In this document: positions 51,871-63,580 of the stretch, piece after piece
Numbering within the stretch: the first letter of the stretch is position 1
Layout: the number at the start of each line of letters is the position of its first letter
NCBI RefSeq assembly: GCF_964213995.1
Contig: NC_135813.1
Coordinates: 60,016,001-60,080,000, forward strand
Source: Mustelus asterias
Lineage: Eukaryota
Length of the DNA: 64,000 nucleotides
Reading direction: 5' to 3'
Position numbers and translations under genes: made by a program
The notes under the pieces: model-generated
Databases searched by the model: none
Told to the model about the DNA's origin: nothing
What the model saw: the letters and a program-made list of their open reading frames with translations, nothing else

Positions 51871-53104
51871 AGATCTCGTAAATACACTTTGGATCAAAAA
51901 AGACTAATTTCTACATAAACTCTGTGGGTGAGTTTAGTCCTATATGTAACTGTCTTAGATCATCGTAGTCCTATTAGTGTAGTAATATTGTAGTAAATAG
52001 TCTTTATTGTAGTAAATAGTCATTAATAACTGTTGTACTACGACGGGGCTGTTTACTGTTCTCCTTGGGTCTTGCACATGATTCCACACACCTTTAAGCA
52101 AAATTATACACCCTCATGACCCGGTGTTCCATGTTGGGACACCACCTCAGATAACATCAGCCGGGTTCCTGACAAGTGCAGTCAGCTCCAAACTGTTGAA
52201 TTTTCAAGAACTTGTACTATTACACCATTAGGTTCTCTGTTTAACCTGCTGTACATATCTTCCTGAATTAGGTTTGCCTCGGCTTTTAATGACGGGCGAG
52301 TTTGTACTCCTTAATTTACTTCCTGTGAAAATACTGTAATGCAATTGGTTCCTTACATTGCTTGGCGACATCACCAAGCCTTGTAAATCTGAAGTTTTTT
52401 TTTGCCATGTTTACCGAGAGGATCCGGTTGGCTGCGAGGCTGTCGTGCCGCTGACCACTATTGAAGCTGCTGCCTTCATGTTTATCACTGCAGGTTTCGG
52501 GTTTCATCATCCTGCTGCCGGACTCAGCTGTCCACGGAGACAGGCACCAGGAGTATAGGCGAGTCGCAGAAGTGACAGCCCGATTTAAGTCAGCATTTGA
52601 CGGAACGGCCGTTGAAATCCATCAGTCCTCCGCCGAGAGCTTTCCAAATTTCTAAATAAATTTAAAGCATGCTTAAATAGTTTTAAACATTTCACTTGCT
52701 TTTATGAGTCTGCATACCTTTAACTTAATAGAAATAACGTGGAAAAGCATTGAATTAAACGAGTAAAATACTTTCAGTGCAATAAATGGGAAAGTACATT
52801 TTAAAGTATTGTTACCGTAGCGTAGTAGAAATGAATCATTTAATTTACTGCAAAAGGTGTCGCAGCGCAGGATGTGAATGAGAATAAATTGTTTCATAAT
52901 TTAATGGGTGTAGATCTCAAAATTCGGCTTTGTGAACTTGAAACGAGGCATCGCCGCGACATCGCTAATGGAAGGTTGAAATCATCCAACAAAAATCAAC
53001 ACCTTAGCCTGGAAGGAAATTGATAGGCAGTGATTTCAAGTAGCTACGTGCCATTCATTTGCAGGGGAGTAGTGCCGTAAAACTATTAATGACCTGGGCT
53101 TTAT

Positions 53105-54255
53105 GCCAGGGCATGTATATGAATCCATGATTTTTCAAGAGAAAAGTCTTTGTTTGAGTGTTAACAGTTTAAAGGTAATTGGATGTGCATGTTTCCTCAT
53201 GTGATAAGGTGTCGCAAAATCCAGTTGTTTGAAGATACTGCCGCCCTTGTCATCAACTGTTATGTCTAATCTTTGTTCGCACAGTGTGGACTTTTCAGTT
53301 TGCTTTTAGTATCAATACAGTTGTCTCCATTAACTGTACAAAGAGTTTCAGAAGACAGGGTTTCAACAAGAAAGCATGGTTTTTTCATTTGTCTGTTGAG
53401 AGAATGGTTACCCAAAATGCCCGGAGACACTCTTTGCCCTGGGCGGTGTCACCTTCCTATCTGAGCTCACTGAGTTGCTCAGGTAACTGTTGGGAACCAA
53501 GAACGCCAGAGTAACCAGTGCTCAGTCCAATGCTGGAATGCACAAACGATATGTTACTAACTGAAACGTTTATTCAGTGTAATAAATATATATGAACATT
53601 TCATTCTGAGGGGTTCACAGGTGTCCTTGGACAGATCAGTTGATGATGTGGTCAGTGCCGCAAAAAACTCAATGCCTTGGACATTCTGCCTGGCCATGTA
53701 TATGAATCCATGCTGTTCCTTATAAAATTTAAATTTTAGGTTAAAAGGTCGCGCGATATGGGCGGTTCCTCATTTAAGAAGTTGTCGTAAAATTCACTGG
53801 TTTGGAGATTGTGCTGACTTGTCACCAAGTGTCATGTCTAACCGTCATCCTCACACAGTGGAATTTTCTGTTTGCTTTAGGATGACAAAGCTGTCTCGGG
53901 TAGCTGTAAACTGTGAGCCTTCAGAAGGAACGGTTGCCCAGAATGCCCGGGAGCACCATTTGCCCCGGGGCTGTCACCTTCCTGAATGACCTCACTGAAC
54001 TCCGGGGATTTGTCCGGTAACTGTGTGTGTGTGTGTGGGCGGGGTGGGGGGGGGGGGGGGGGGGGTCATTAACCCTCAAGTAGCCAGTGTTCACTCCACT
54101 GTTATAATGCACAAACAAGATGTCACGAACTGAATGTTTAAACCGTGTGTGAGGAGGAAAGTTTATTTCATCCGATCAATAATTGCAAATATTTTCCTCT
54201 GCTGGATTCACAGTTGTCCTTGGGCATACCAGTGGGTCATGGTGGTGAGTCAGTG
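53105..54255. repeat. Diverged tandem duplication with a unit of about 580 bp
   Basis: Anchors in both units: CATGTATATGAATCCATG, TTCCTCAT, AATGCCCGG, TGTCACCTTCCT, AATGCACAAAC, TTCACAG.TGTCCTTGG. Confidence 0.8.
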
Positions 54256-55162
54256 AAAGAGGTGCTGCTGGGGGAACAGAGCAGAGAGTTTCAGAGGAAC
54301 GAGATGTCGAAACTGTGCTGGTGGAGGAAACTTAGTATCATCGAATGGAGTAGGGGAATGTACAACCTGTGTATGAGGACAGGTGTAGTGGTGCAGTGAG
54401 TCGTGTTCGTTTTAAACATTCAAGTTCCTGAAAATGGGGCAATGTTTGAATAGCAGATCACGACTTTGAGGAACGCTGATGCCATGGGTTCAGTGGAAGA
54501 AAGTGTGACACAGCAGTCCAAACAGCAGGCAGCGAATTTGCATGTACATTTTCCGGGGAATTCATTAACATATGGGAAATGTCAGGCCCAATTTGAGAAA
54601 TCAGAAAGTTTAGCGGAATAGTGGCCCGGAACTTTCTGCTTCAATGCCAGTTTAAGTCGGTTATGCCCTGCACAGGCGCGTCGGAACTACCACGCAAGTC
54701 CCGGCGCATTTGCGGTCAAAGAGCGCCAATTTTGAACCCCCGATTGAGGTTTGCAAAACTGCCGATATTGAAGCGTTGAGCTGCAATTACTCCGTCACCT
54801 GCGCTGATGTTGTTAGTTTTTGCCCATATTTATTTGAAAAGTAAGAGAATGATTTAAAAAACATTTTTGCCATTTTGTCATGACAATAATTCTAGTAAAA
54901 GGTACGCTCCTATATAACCAGGTCGTTGTTAATGTCTGGAATAAATGTCAGCATTTGGATGTTCCAATATATTTGAAACATTGTCTAACTCTAATGTAAG
55001 AGTTTTCCTGATTTAATGTTACAGAATACAGTGCAGGTTGAAAATCTGGAGGCATTTTCCACCACAGCTGGAAAGTTGTGCTTTTTGCTTTATTCTTAAC
55101 TGAAGTTCTTTTTGAGCCTTTGATGCAGGCGTGGAAGAGTGATTCTATGTGTAAAATCCAAA

Positions 55163-55558
55163 TCCTCCCTTCTCTTTTTCCATTATCCCACTCCCCACTT
55201 TTCCCACTTCCTGCGTCTCCCGCTCCCCATTTTCTCCCTCCCCTTTTCTCCATCCACCTTTTGCCCTCCTCCCTTTTCCCCTTCCTGATTTCCTCCACCC
55301 CAATTTTCCCCTGCCCACATTCACCTCCCCATTTCTCCCTCACCATTCTACCTTCCCTTTTCCCCTCTTCCCTTTCCCCCTCCCCATTTCCCCCTCCTCA
55401 TTTCCTCCTCCCCATCTTTACCACTCCCTCTTTTTACCCCCTCTCTTTTAACCCTCCCTCTTTCACCTCTCCCCTTATCCCCTTCCCTTTCTCCTCCCCT
55501 CACACTCCCTCTCCTTCCTCTCCCTATCTCTCTTCATATCCCTTCCTCACCTCCTTGT
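55163..55558 (+). repeat. About 400-bp polypyrimidine (C/T-rich) low-complexity tract
   Basis: Direct reading; very few G on the plus strand. Confidence 0.95.
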
Positions 55559-58177
55559 TTAGAGACAACAGAACTGTTGTGTGAACGTATGAAATATTTC
55601 ACTGACTGTTGATATAGAAACATACATTTTGTAAGAAACCTGATAAGATGAGGCAATTAAACATGTGAGTGCAGCTACTAAAGTAAAATGTTTAGGTAAA
55701 CGTTAACGTGGTATGAAACTTTTCTATTTATAACATTATTTCTGTCGATAAATGTGTTCCATTAAACTATGAAATTCAACTAACATTTTATTGAACAAAA
55801 CAAAATATTTAAATATGGAATTATGCAAACGCTTTGTAGAAACACACAGAACAATTAATTATGAGCATTATAAATCAATTGAGCAAAGTAGAAGAATACT
55901 AATGGTGAGCACATTTAGATTTTACAAGGCCCAAAATGTGAACTCTGCTTTGCTCAATTCATGCAAATCATGGCCTGAGAAGTTCTGATCTCTCAGTTTC
56001 CCAATAAAATGTACAGTTTCAATGTTCTAAATTAAAACACAGTAACACTTATATAACTTTTATAATAACATAATGCAGATTCAAAGTGTTTCTCAGACTT
56101 ACCACATTATAAATTAAAACATATGCATACTTCTATGCATGCTATACATAAAGTTATATAATAATATAATGCTGATTTAAATAGTTTCACAAATTTAGAA
56201 CAAATAATCGAATCTGTTTGTACATTAAGTAAGACTCACCTTCAATCGTTAAAAAATAAAAATTATTTCTTAAATGAGCCAATAACAACAGCATCAACTA
56301 CATAAAATAAATACTTAAATATAAAAAATGCTTCAACATTGTAGGAGCTTTTCAGAGACCAATGTATTATGCTTGCATTTACCTGAGGGATTTCTCTTTA
56401 TTAATTACAGCTCAGCAAATATAAAGAACTGACAGAAACAGTAATTGTGGTTGAAGACATTCTTTATTGTCCAGGCATGGTCAACGCGGGTAGGAGAATT
56501 ATTTGGGGAAGCCCAAATTATTCCGAATTACATTGTTAGCAGTATTACCGTTGTACATTTTTTAGAAATCATCTGCCTGTCTACTCTGATTATTCTAACC
56601 GGATGAGCCAATCATGTTAGTATGAGTTATTTGGCCAGTAACATTCAACCCTCATGTAGTATAAAAATACATAGGTCCATAGAGTCTGGACGTTCTTGCC
56701 CACTGTCTCCTAACAGCATAATACATAAGTCCGTAGAGTTCAAAAGTTCCTTTCCCACTGTCTACCGAGGAATTCTTTCATGGGAAAATTATATTATTCC
56801 ATTCATTTGGCTGTCTGGGAATGCTCGAAATATCTGAGACCCACGCTGCTGGTTCTTTTTATTCAGCTATATCCCAACCTGCCTTGGGGCAGTGTGTAGT
56901 TGGCCAAGGTGTACAGAATATTCAAAAATAAATTGTCTAGCTGTGGTTATGTGTGTTTCTATGCAAACAGTTCCTTTGTGACTCCAGGTACTTTGTACCT
57001 TTTCTGTACAATATCCACTCTAAATTAGTTTATCTTAATCTATTAGTCTTTTAGTCTCAAGTTATCCTAAATCCCTAACAAACATACTTTTATAACAGCA
57101 GGGAGATCCTTCTGTTTTCAGTGTAAAATTGCAAGTTCCAAACTTAATGGGCGTTCCAAGTCTGCCCACATCATTAGGCGACGTGGTGAGGAATTCCCCT
57201 GCGTCGCGCTGGTTCTCGGGGAGATGGTTTCGCGGCGGGAGGATGCTGCTCCGTTTGGAAGTTCGGGCACAATTTTTCAGACCAAGTAAGCGCAGAAAAA
57301 TCCCTTGGCCCATAAATTCCAATGGCCAATGTACGGTCGGCCAAAAATAGAAACAAATTGCATAGTTAGGTCTCCTGAGCAACTGCGCCGAAACTACCGA
57401 TGTATGCAGCAGGCTCGAACACACAACAAAGTCATCTGACCAGACCCCAGCGTGGAGCAAGAGATCCCTAACCACGCCTTCTTATGACGCGGCCAGCCCT
57501 TTGAGGTCCAAGTTCCAAAAGGCAGTTTTGCATTTAAAACGGGCCCCTGCTCTTAGAAAAGTACGTATTTGTATTTGCATTTCGTTTTTGTTGCTCTTTC
57601 TGTTAAGTAGTTCATACAGATGGCTCACTCAAACCGTATTTTGTTCAATTTATTTCAATTATTGAATATGAGTATTATTTAATATGTATAAATGAACAAA
57701 TGTTTTATTGGTTTCAAGTTGGTGAACGTACTATTTAGAGTCATAGAATCAGAGGGGTGAATTTTCCCTTTCCACCTGCCACAGGAATCCTAGTGGTTCT
57801 GGGATGGACAATGGAAAGACCAGTTCACCTCTGGCAGGATTTTCCAGTTCGGGTAGGGCACAGCCACACAATCCCGCCCACAGAATCTCTGCAGTGCAGA
57901 ATGGAGCCATTTGTCCCATGCAGACAGCATCAACAACAATCCCACCCAGGCCAGTAGCCACCCCGTTCAGATACATTTGCCTCTGGGCAAGATTCGCCTC
58001 CAGCAGGTATGCAGGAAAATACGTCACATGGACGAGGAGGGACCCGGGGTGGCGGAGGAAAATTAGGCTCCCTTTGCTCTCCCTCCAACACTGCTACCTC
58101 TACCTCAACAACCCTCTCCTCTAATGCATGTTCCATTTTTAATTGCTTATTCCGATTTGTTTAAGGTTAATGTTTAA

Positions 58178-58375
58178 AACATAGAACATAGAACAGTACA
58201 GCACAGAACAGGCCCTTCGGCCCACAATGTTGTGCCGAGCTTTATTTGAAACCAAGATCAAGCTATCCCACTCCCCATCATCCTGGTGTGCTCCATGTGC
58301 CTATCCAATAACCGCTTAAATGTTCCTAAAGTGTCTGACTCCACTATCACTGCAGGGAGTCCATTCCACACCCCA
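58178..58375 (-). mobile_element. CR1 extreme 3' end
   Basis: (CATAGAA)n tail and ACAGGCCCTTCGGCCCAC, as at 23809. Confidence 0.8.
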
Positions 58376-58760
58376 TTGTTTGTTTAAAGTATTCTAATAT
58401 TCTAACATTTGAATGTTGCGTTTTGATGCTTGATGTTTGAATAAATAATTTGAATCATTTTGTTAAGTTTAATGAAAAAAAATTATTAACCAAATGACAA
58501 AAATAATTTTATCATTGTATAAGTTTAACGATGTTCACATTTATCTTAACGTAACTACCCTGAACTTTTGAAAATTTTTGCAATAAAATATATTTCATAA
58601 CCTTAGAAGCAGAAACAATACAATCTTTTTTCTACTTTAAGAAAACGATTCCTTCATTTTGTAGACAAAGGGGTAAGGGGAATGGAGGGCTTGAAGGGAG
58701 GAATGGATGCAAGTGTTGCAAGGGGAGCATTTGGACATACGAATTAATCATTTTAAAAGT

Positions 58761-59173
58761 TCATTGTTCAAAAGCAGCAGCTGCCAGGCGATTTTGAACT
58801 GCCGTTGTGTCACCTGGAGCTCGGGCTTCTCCATCAGGCTCCATATTGACGTCGTCCAGCTCCCCCATTTCCGTAGGCAAGTAATCTTCACTGTGAATGC
58901 CCAGTCAATGCTGGAGGGCAAAGGTTTGCAATACACAACTCGCGACAGAAATCTTTGTCACTTTCTCTGGTGCATACTGTAACATGCCACCTGACCTGCC
59001 CAGCCAATGAAAACGCCACTTCAGTATGCCAATTACCCTGACCACCACCTGACGAGTTGCTATCTGAGCACTGTTGTAACGCTCATGTGCTTCACGTTGG
59101 TCTTGCGGAATTGTGTCATAAGCCCTGTCCTCAGTGGGTATCCCTTATCACCCAGTAACCATCCTGTAATTCC
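58761..59173 (-). pseudogene. PIF/Harbinger transposase relic (HARBI1-like C-terminal part)
   Basis: Minus translation GWLLGDKGYPLRTGLMTQFR /frameshift/ EAHERYNSAQIATRQVVVRVIGILKWRFHWLGRSGGMLQYAPEKVTKISVASCVLQTFALQH*..; not in the ORF track because of the frameshift and stop. Confidence 0.82.
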
Positions 59174-59844
59174 AGGTAATGTTGTCATGGTGAGATATTA
59201 CACTGAACTCTCAATAATATGCATGTGTTGTACCTGTCAGCGCTTGGTATAAGTCGATTAAATGTGCTCAATAATTTTCCAAACTTACAAAGTTACAACA
59301 ATTACACACAACTCTATATAAAATACATATTAGTGCTTGAACGAGATTAGGCTGTTAAACATAACATGATACATTCAACTAACAGATATTAAAATTTGAA
59401 AGAACTACAAAGTTACAAATGCTAATTATAGCACATAATTCTAAACTTACAACGTCAAAGATGTTGCATGGTGTGAAGTAAAATGATTTCCCGTCAACAT
59501 CACAAGTTAAACTGCACTGATTCAATAAACATGGCTGAATGATTTAGTACTTGTCTTTTCTTGCACAGCAGGACTTTAAATTTAGGAAATGGAGCTGATA
59601 ATTTTAATTGCTAGGGAGGTGCATACTTCCGTACCGATATTTGTTCAACCTTGACGTTTTACCTTACTGCCTTAAGGTCGTGTGTCCTTTATACCGTCCA
59701 GTTTGACTGTGATGCTAAGATGAAATCATGTGATGAGTTTGTGTTCCAGAGTTCAGCAAAACACCAGATTGGGTTGACATACTTCGATTGTGTGCACACT
59801 AAACTAAAACTAAGAATTAAACTTCAATTCCCCTACAACGGCGA

Positions 59845-60430
59845 TGGTGAGGCCAGACACGGAGTAATGTGTGCAGTTTTGGTGTCCGTATCTGAGGAAG
59901 GATGTCCTTGCTATAGAGGGGGTAGAGCGAAGGTTTACCAGGATGATTCCTGGGAAGGAAATTCTGTCGTACGAGGACAGGCTAAGTCGGTTAGGATTAT
60001 ATTCACTGGAGTTTAGAAGAGTGAGAAGGGATCTCATAGAAACTTATGACATTCTAACAGGGTTAGGCAGGGTAGATTCAGAATGAATATTCACAATGGT
60101 GGGGGAGTCCAGAACTAGGGGGTCATAGTTTGAAGATAAGGGGTAAATCTTTTAGAACTGAAGTGAGGGGAAATTTCTTCACCCAGAGGGTGGTGAATGC
60201 GTGGAAACCACGACCACAGAATGTAGTTGAGGCCAAAACGTTCTCTGATTTTAAGAATATATTAGATATAGCTCTTGGGGCTAAAGGGATCCAGCGATAT
60301 GGGGGGAACGGAGCATCCATTCAGGATTCAACAGGATATTGAATTGGATGATCAGCCATGATCAAAATGAATGGTGGAGCAGACTCGAAGGGCCCAATGG
60401 CTTAGTCCTGCTTCGAGGTTCTATGTTTCT
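59845..60430 (+). mobile_element. CR1 3' fragment
   Basis: ORFs QFWCPYLRKDVLAIEGVERRFTRMIPG and RGNFFTQRVVNAW. Confidence 0.88.
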
Positions 60431-61085
60431 CTGATACCTTGACTCTCGGCACTCTCTCGTCCCCTCCATGGCAAACACTCACAGCTACCGGTGGCAGAAT
60501 GATGTTTCTGCATTTTCTTCTTTTAAGTTGTGCTTTTAATCTTGATCTAAAGTTATGCTTACTTTTCACTGTGTTTGTGTTCCGTTCAGCTGTGTTATTT
60601 ATCCTTGTGTTATTCATTGAAAATTTAGAATTGTATTTTTCTCTATAATGTCTGAGCTTAATTCAACTCTGTTGTATCTGTTCTACAGTAGCAGTAGTCA
60701 TTGTAACATATCGACAATAACATTATTAACATAAAGTTAATTAATGAAATTGCAAAACGTTAAACATTTCAAAACATCGCGAATTAACACAATGTTGCTG
60801 TCATGTTGAAGCACTAATATTTTTTGAACGAGCTTTTGATGGTAAAATAAATGCTGGAAAATATACTTTGATGTCTGATTTGTCATCACCTTCTCTGTGT
60901 CTACTATTTGAACTCCCCTTCCTAATCCTCCATGATTCAATGAACTAATCTTTAATTCATTAAAAATTCAAATAGTGGTGACCCAATTTACTCAGATTCT
61001 CATTGTAGGGCAACATCGTGTCCGAGGAATTAATGAAACTATATTCTTCCTTAATGTGCAGGCAAATTGTTTACCTCAGGTGTGC

Positions 61086-61385
61086 ACTGTGGCAGAATAG
61101 TTAGCACTGCTGCCTCAAAGCGCCAGGGACCGGGGTTCAATTGCGGACTCGGGTCACAATCAGTATGAAGTTTTCACATTCTCCCCGTGTCTACTTGTGT
61201 TTTCGCTTAGTGTCCCTTCAAAGTCTAAAAATGTGCAGCTTAACTTGATCGGTCATGCAAAATTACCCCTTAGTATCAGCAGGACTGGCAGGGTAAGGGC
61301 GTGGGGTTACTGGGCCTGGATGTAATTGCCGGCGCAGGTTCGATGGACCAAATGGCCTCCTCCGCATTTTGGGATTGTATGATTT
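61086..61385 (+). mobile_element. Diverged HE1-type SINE
   Basis: GTTAGCACTGCTGCCTCA..GGTTCAATT head and decayed core. Confidence 0.75.
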
Positions 61386-61693
61386 CTCCACCCTGCCCAG
61401 GTCTTACACAACTACAGCAAGATTGTCTTATTTCTGTACTCCAATCCACTTACAGGAAGATAAATCTTGTAATTTGCCCCACCTGATTCTTTGTACTTGT
61501 TGTGCACTGCAGTCTCACTGAACACCAATATTTATAAATTGCATTTGATCCGCTATTTACAGGAGTACATGTCGAAGTAACCATGATAATGGTAAGCTTT
61601 TCAAGACATTAGAAGGTTCAGTTCAACAAATTCAAAGACCAGAATAGAAACAAGAAAATATGAGAAATACTCAACACAGCCTCTGTGGAGAAG

Positions 61694-61822
61694 ACTGGCT
61701 CGCCTGATGAAGGAGCAGCGCTCCTAAAGCTGGTGATACCAAATAAACCTGTTGGACTTTAACCTGATGTTGTGAGACTTCTTACTGTGCCTACCCCAGT
61801 CCAATGCCTGCATCTCCACATT
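61694..61822 (+). mobile_element. PLE pseudo-LTR fragment with hammerhead motif (GAAA mutated to TAAA)
   Basis: CTGATGA-A-GGAGC(AGC)GCTCC-TAAAG; 10-bp TSD TGTGGAGAAG at 61684-61693 and 61823-61832. Confidence 0.8.
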
Positions 61823-62019
61823 TGTGGAGAAGGAAAGAGTTTACGTTTCAGATCGATGTTCTTTCATGAAACAAACTTTAGAAATGCTTTGCAGTTTTAG
61901 TCAATTTTAATTATGGAAACTAAATAAAGTTTTAGCTCTGAGACGGGAAAATTAGCAGCAATAACAATCTCCAAAAAGCGGCAGTTAACAGTCATCGTCG
62001 CAGGTTTTAGGAACAAATC

Positions 62020-62095
62020 TGATTGGTTGAAATGTAAAGGCTAATTTGCATTCCAACACAATGTAACACCTTCTTGCTGACAGGTGTTATTAAAA
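62020..62095 (+). promoter_or_regulatory. Ig light chain promoter
   Basis: Decamer TAATTTGCAT at 62042-62051 (light-chain orientation) about 125 bp before the ATG; ATTGG upstream; CAGGTG E-box and TATTAAA downstream. Confidence 0.8.
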
Positions 62096-62174
62096 GAGAG
62101 AGAGAGAGATCCAGACAGTTAACCCATCTTGTCAAATAACTGGCAGAACTCGGTACCTCGGCAAACTTTTCACA

Positions 62175-62708
62175 ATGAATGACTGGGTCCATGCGATCAT
62201 TGTGTTCATTTTTGGACTGGCATGTGAGTATTTATAACGTAGAGTCGATGTGAATGCGTGTTTTCGAAGATTATTTCGGTGATTTTTTAAAAAGTCAATT
62301 TTTTTTCTGTAATTAATTTGAGTAGCTTAACATTAATATTTGGAATCTGTTTTCTTTCAGTTTCTAACGCGGCGATTACAGTCAGTCAACCGCCTTCGAA
62401 ATCTACTTCTCTCGGAGGAACCGTCCAAATAAGTTGCACCTTGTCTGGCGCCAGTTTAGGAAGCACTACCATATATTGGTACCAGCAGAAATCTGGAAAT
62501 GCTCCCCGGTATCTGCTTTATCACTATGCTGGAAGCAGCACTAACAGAGCCCCGGGAGTTCCAAACCGATTTTCAGGTTCGGAGTCCGGTAACACGGGAA
62601 CTTTAAGTATCAGTCAAGTTGAATCGGAGGACACCGCAGAGTATTACTGTGCTATGTGGATAAGCAACTTGTGCTACTTCGGCAGCGGAACCAAGCTGAA
62701 CGTTGGCA
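62175..62708 (+). CDS. IGLV: Immunoglobulin lambda-type light chain leader exon (62175-62223) and germline-joined VJ exon (62361-62708)
   Basis: MNDWVHAIIVFIFGLA|FSNAAITVSQPPS..ISC..WYQQ..GVPNRFSGS..EDTAEYYCAMWISNLCYFGSGTKLNVG|; GT-AG phase-1 introns; V runs in frame into FGSGT with no RSS in between; donor A|GTGAGT. Confidence 0.95.
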
Positions 62709-63304
62709 GTGAGTAAATTCCTTTCTGTTACATTGTTCAAAACTCGCTTCCGGTTAATAGCAAAACATTCCCTGGGTATCTTATTTTGAATAAATTGAAA
62801 TGTCCTTTTAACAACACAACCATGAATTCAATTTAACCTATACAAGGCGACTTGCAAATAATGTTTGTATCTGTCCATTTCGATAATGCTTTCTGATCTA
62901 TCTGTCAGTCTGCATTAAGTTGTCTTAGCTCAGGCAGAATAACAACAAGCAGCAAAATTCCTGTACCATCAGATCAGTGGGATGAACAAAGCGCTTTAAT
63001 CCTAATGTGCCATCACACGACCTTGCAGAGAAAGAAAACATGTAGATTCCCGGTAATACCAAGAAAAATCTCAATGGTTTTAAGTCCCGTTCCTTAAAGA
63101 CTTTACCAAATCACAGTGCCTATTGACACAAGTAAATAATGAGCACTTGCGCCAGTTACGTGAACTGATGGACCTCGCGTAGAAATAGCCCCTTATAAAT
63201 AGCCCATCAAATATAGCAAGAGAAATAGGAAGGCAAAAAATGGATGGTAAATCAAACTGACTACAACGCTCTGCATTCGGACCCCCTGCTAACTTTTAAC
63301 GAAA

Positions 63305-63580
63305 AGTAAAGTTTATTAATTAGCCACAAGTAAGGCTTACACTGCAATGAAGTCACTGTGAAAGTCCCCAAGTCGCCACACTCCAGCGCCTGTTGGGGTG
63401 AATGCACCTAACCAGCACGATTTTCCGACCGTGGGAGGAAACCAGAGCACGCGGAGAAAACCCACGTACACATGGGGAAAACGTGCAAACTCCTGACAGG
63501 CAGTGACCCTAGGCGGGAATCGAACACGGTTTCCTGGCGCTGTGAGGCACTAACACTAACCACTGTGCCATCGTGCCGCT
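63305..63580 (-). mobile_element. Alternative-tail V-SINE in the J-C intron
   Basis: Absent from the paralogous intron near 41035. Confidence 0.85.

Noticed and set aside
53280-53890. CACAGTG heptamers as recombination signal sequences
   Set aside because: No ACAAAAACC-like nonamer at 12- or 23-bp spacing and no adjacent V, D or J coding segment
54948-55584. Pro/Ser/Phe-rich and Gly/Lys/Glu-rich ORFs
   Set aside because: By-products of the polypyrimidine tract
56090-56390. Three minus-strand splice-donor-like motifs suggesting micro-exons
   Set aside because: No coherent acceptors or reading frame could be assembled
62645-62651. TACTGTG cryptic heptamer at the end of V
   Set aside because: A consequence of Tyr-Cys-Ala codons; no nonamer and no unrearranged donor V seen
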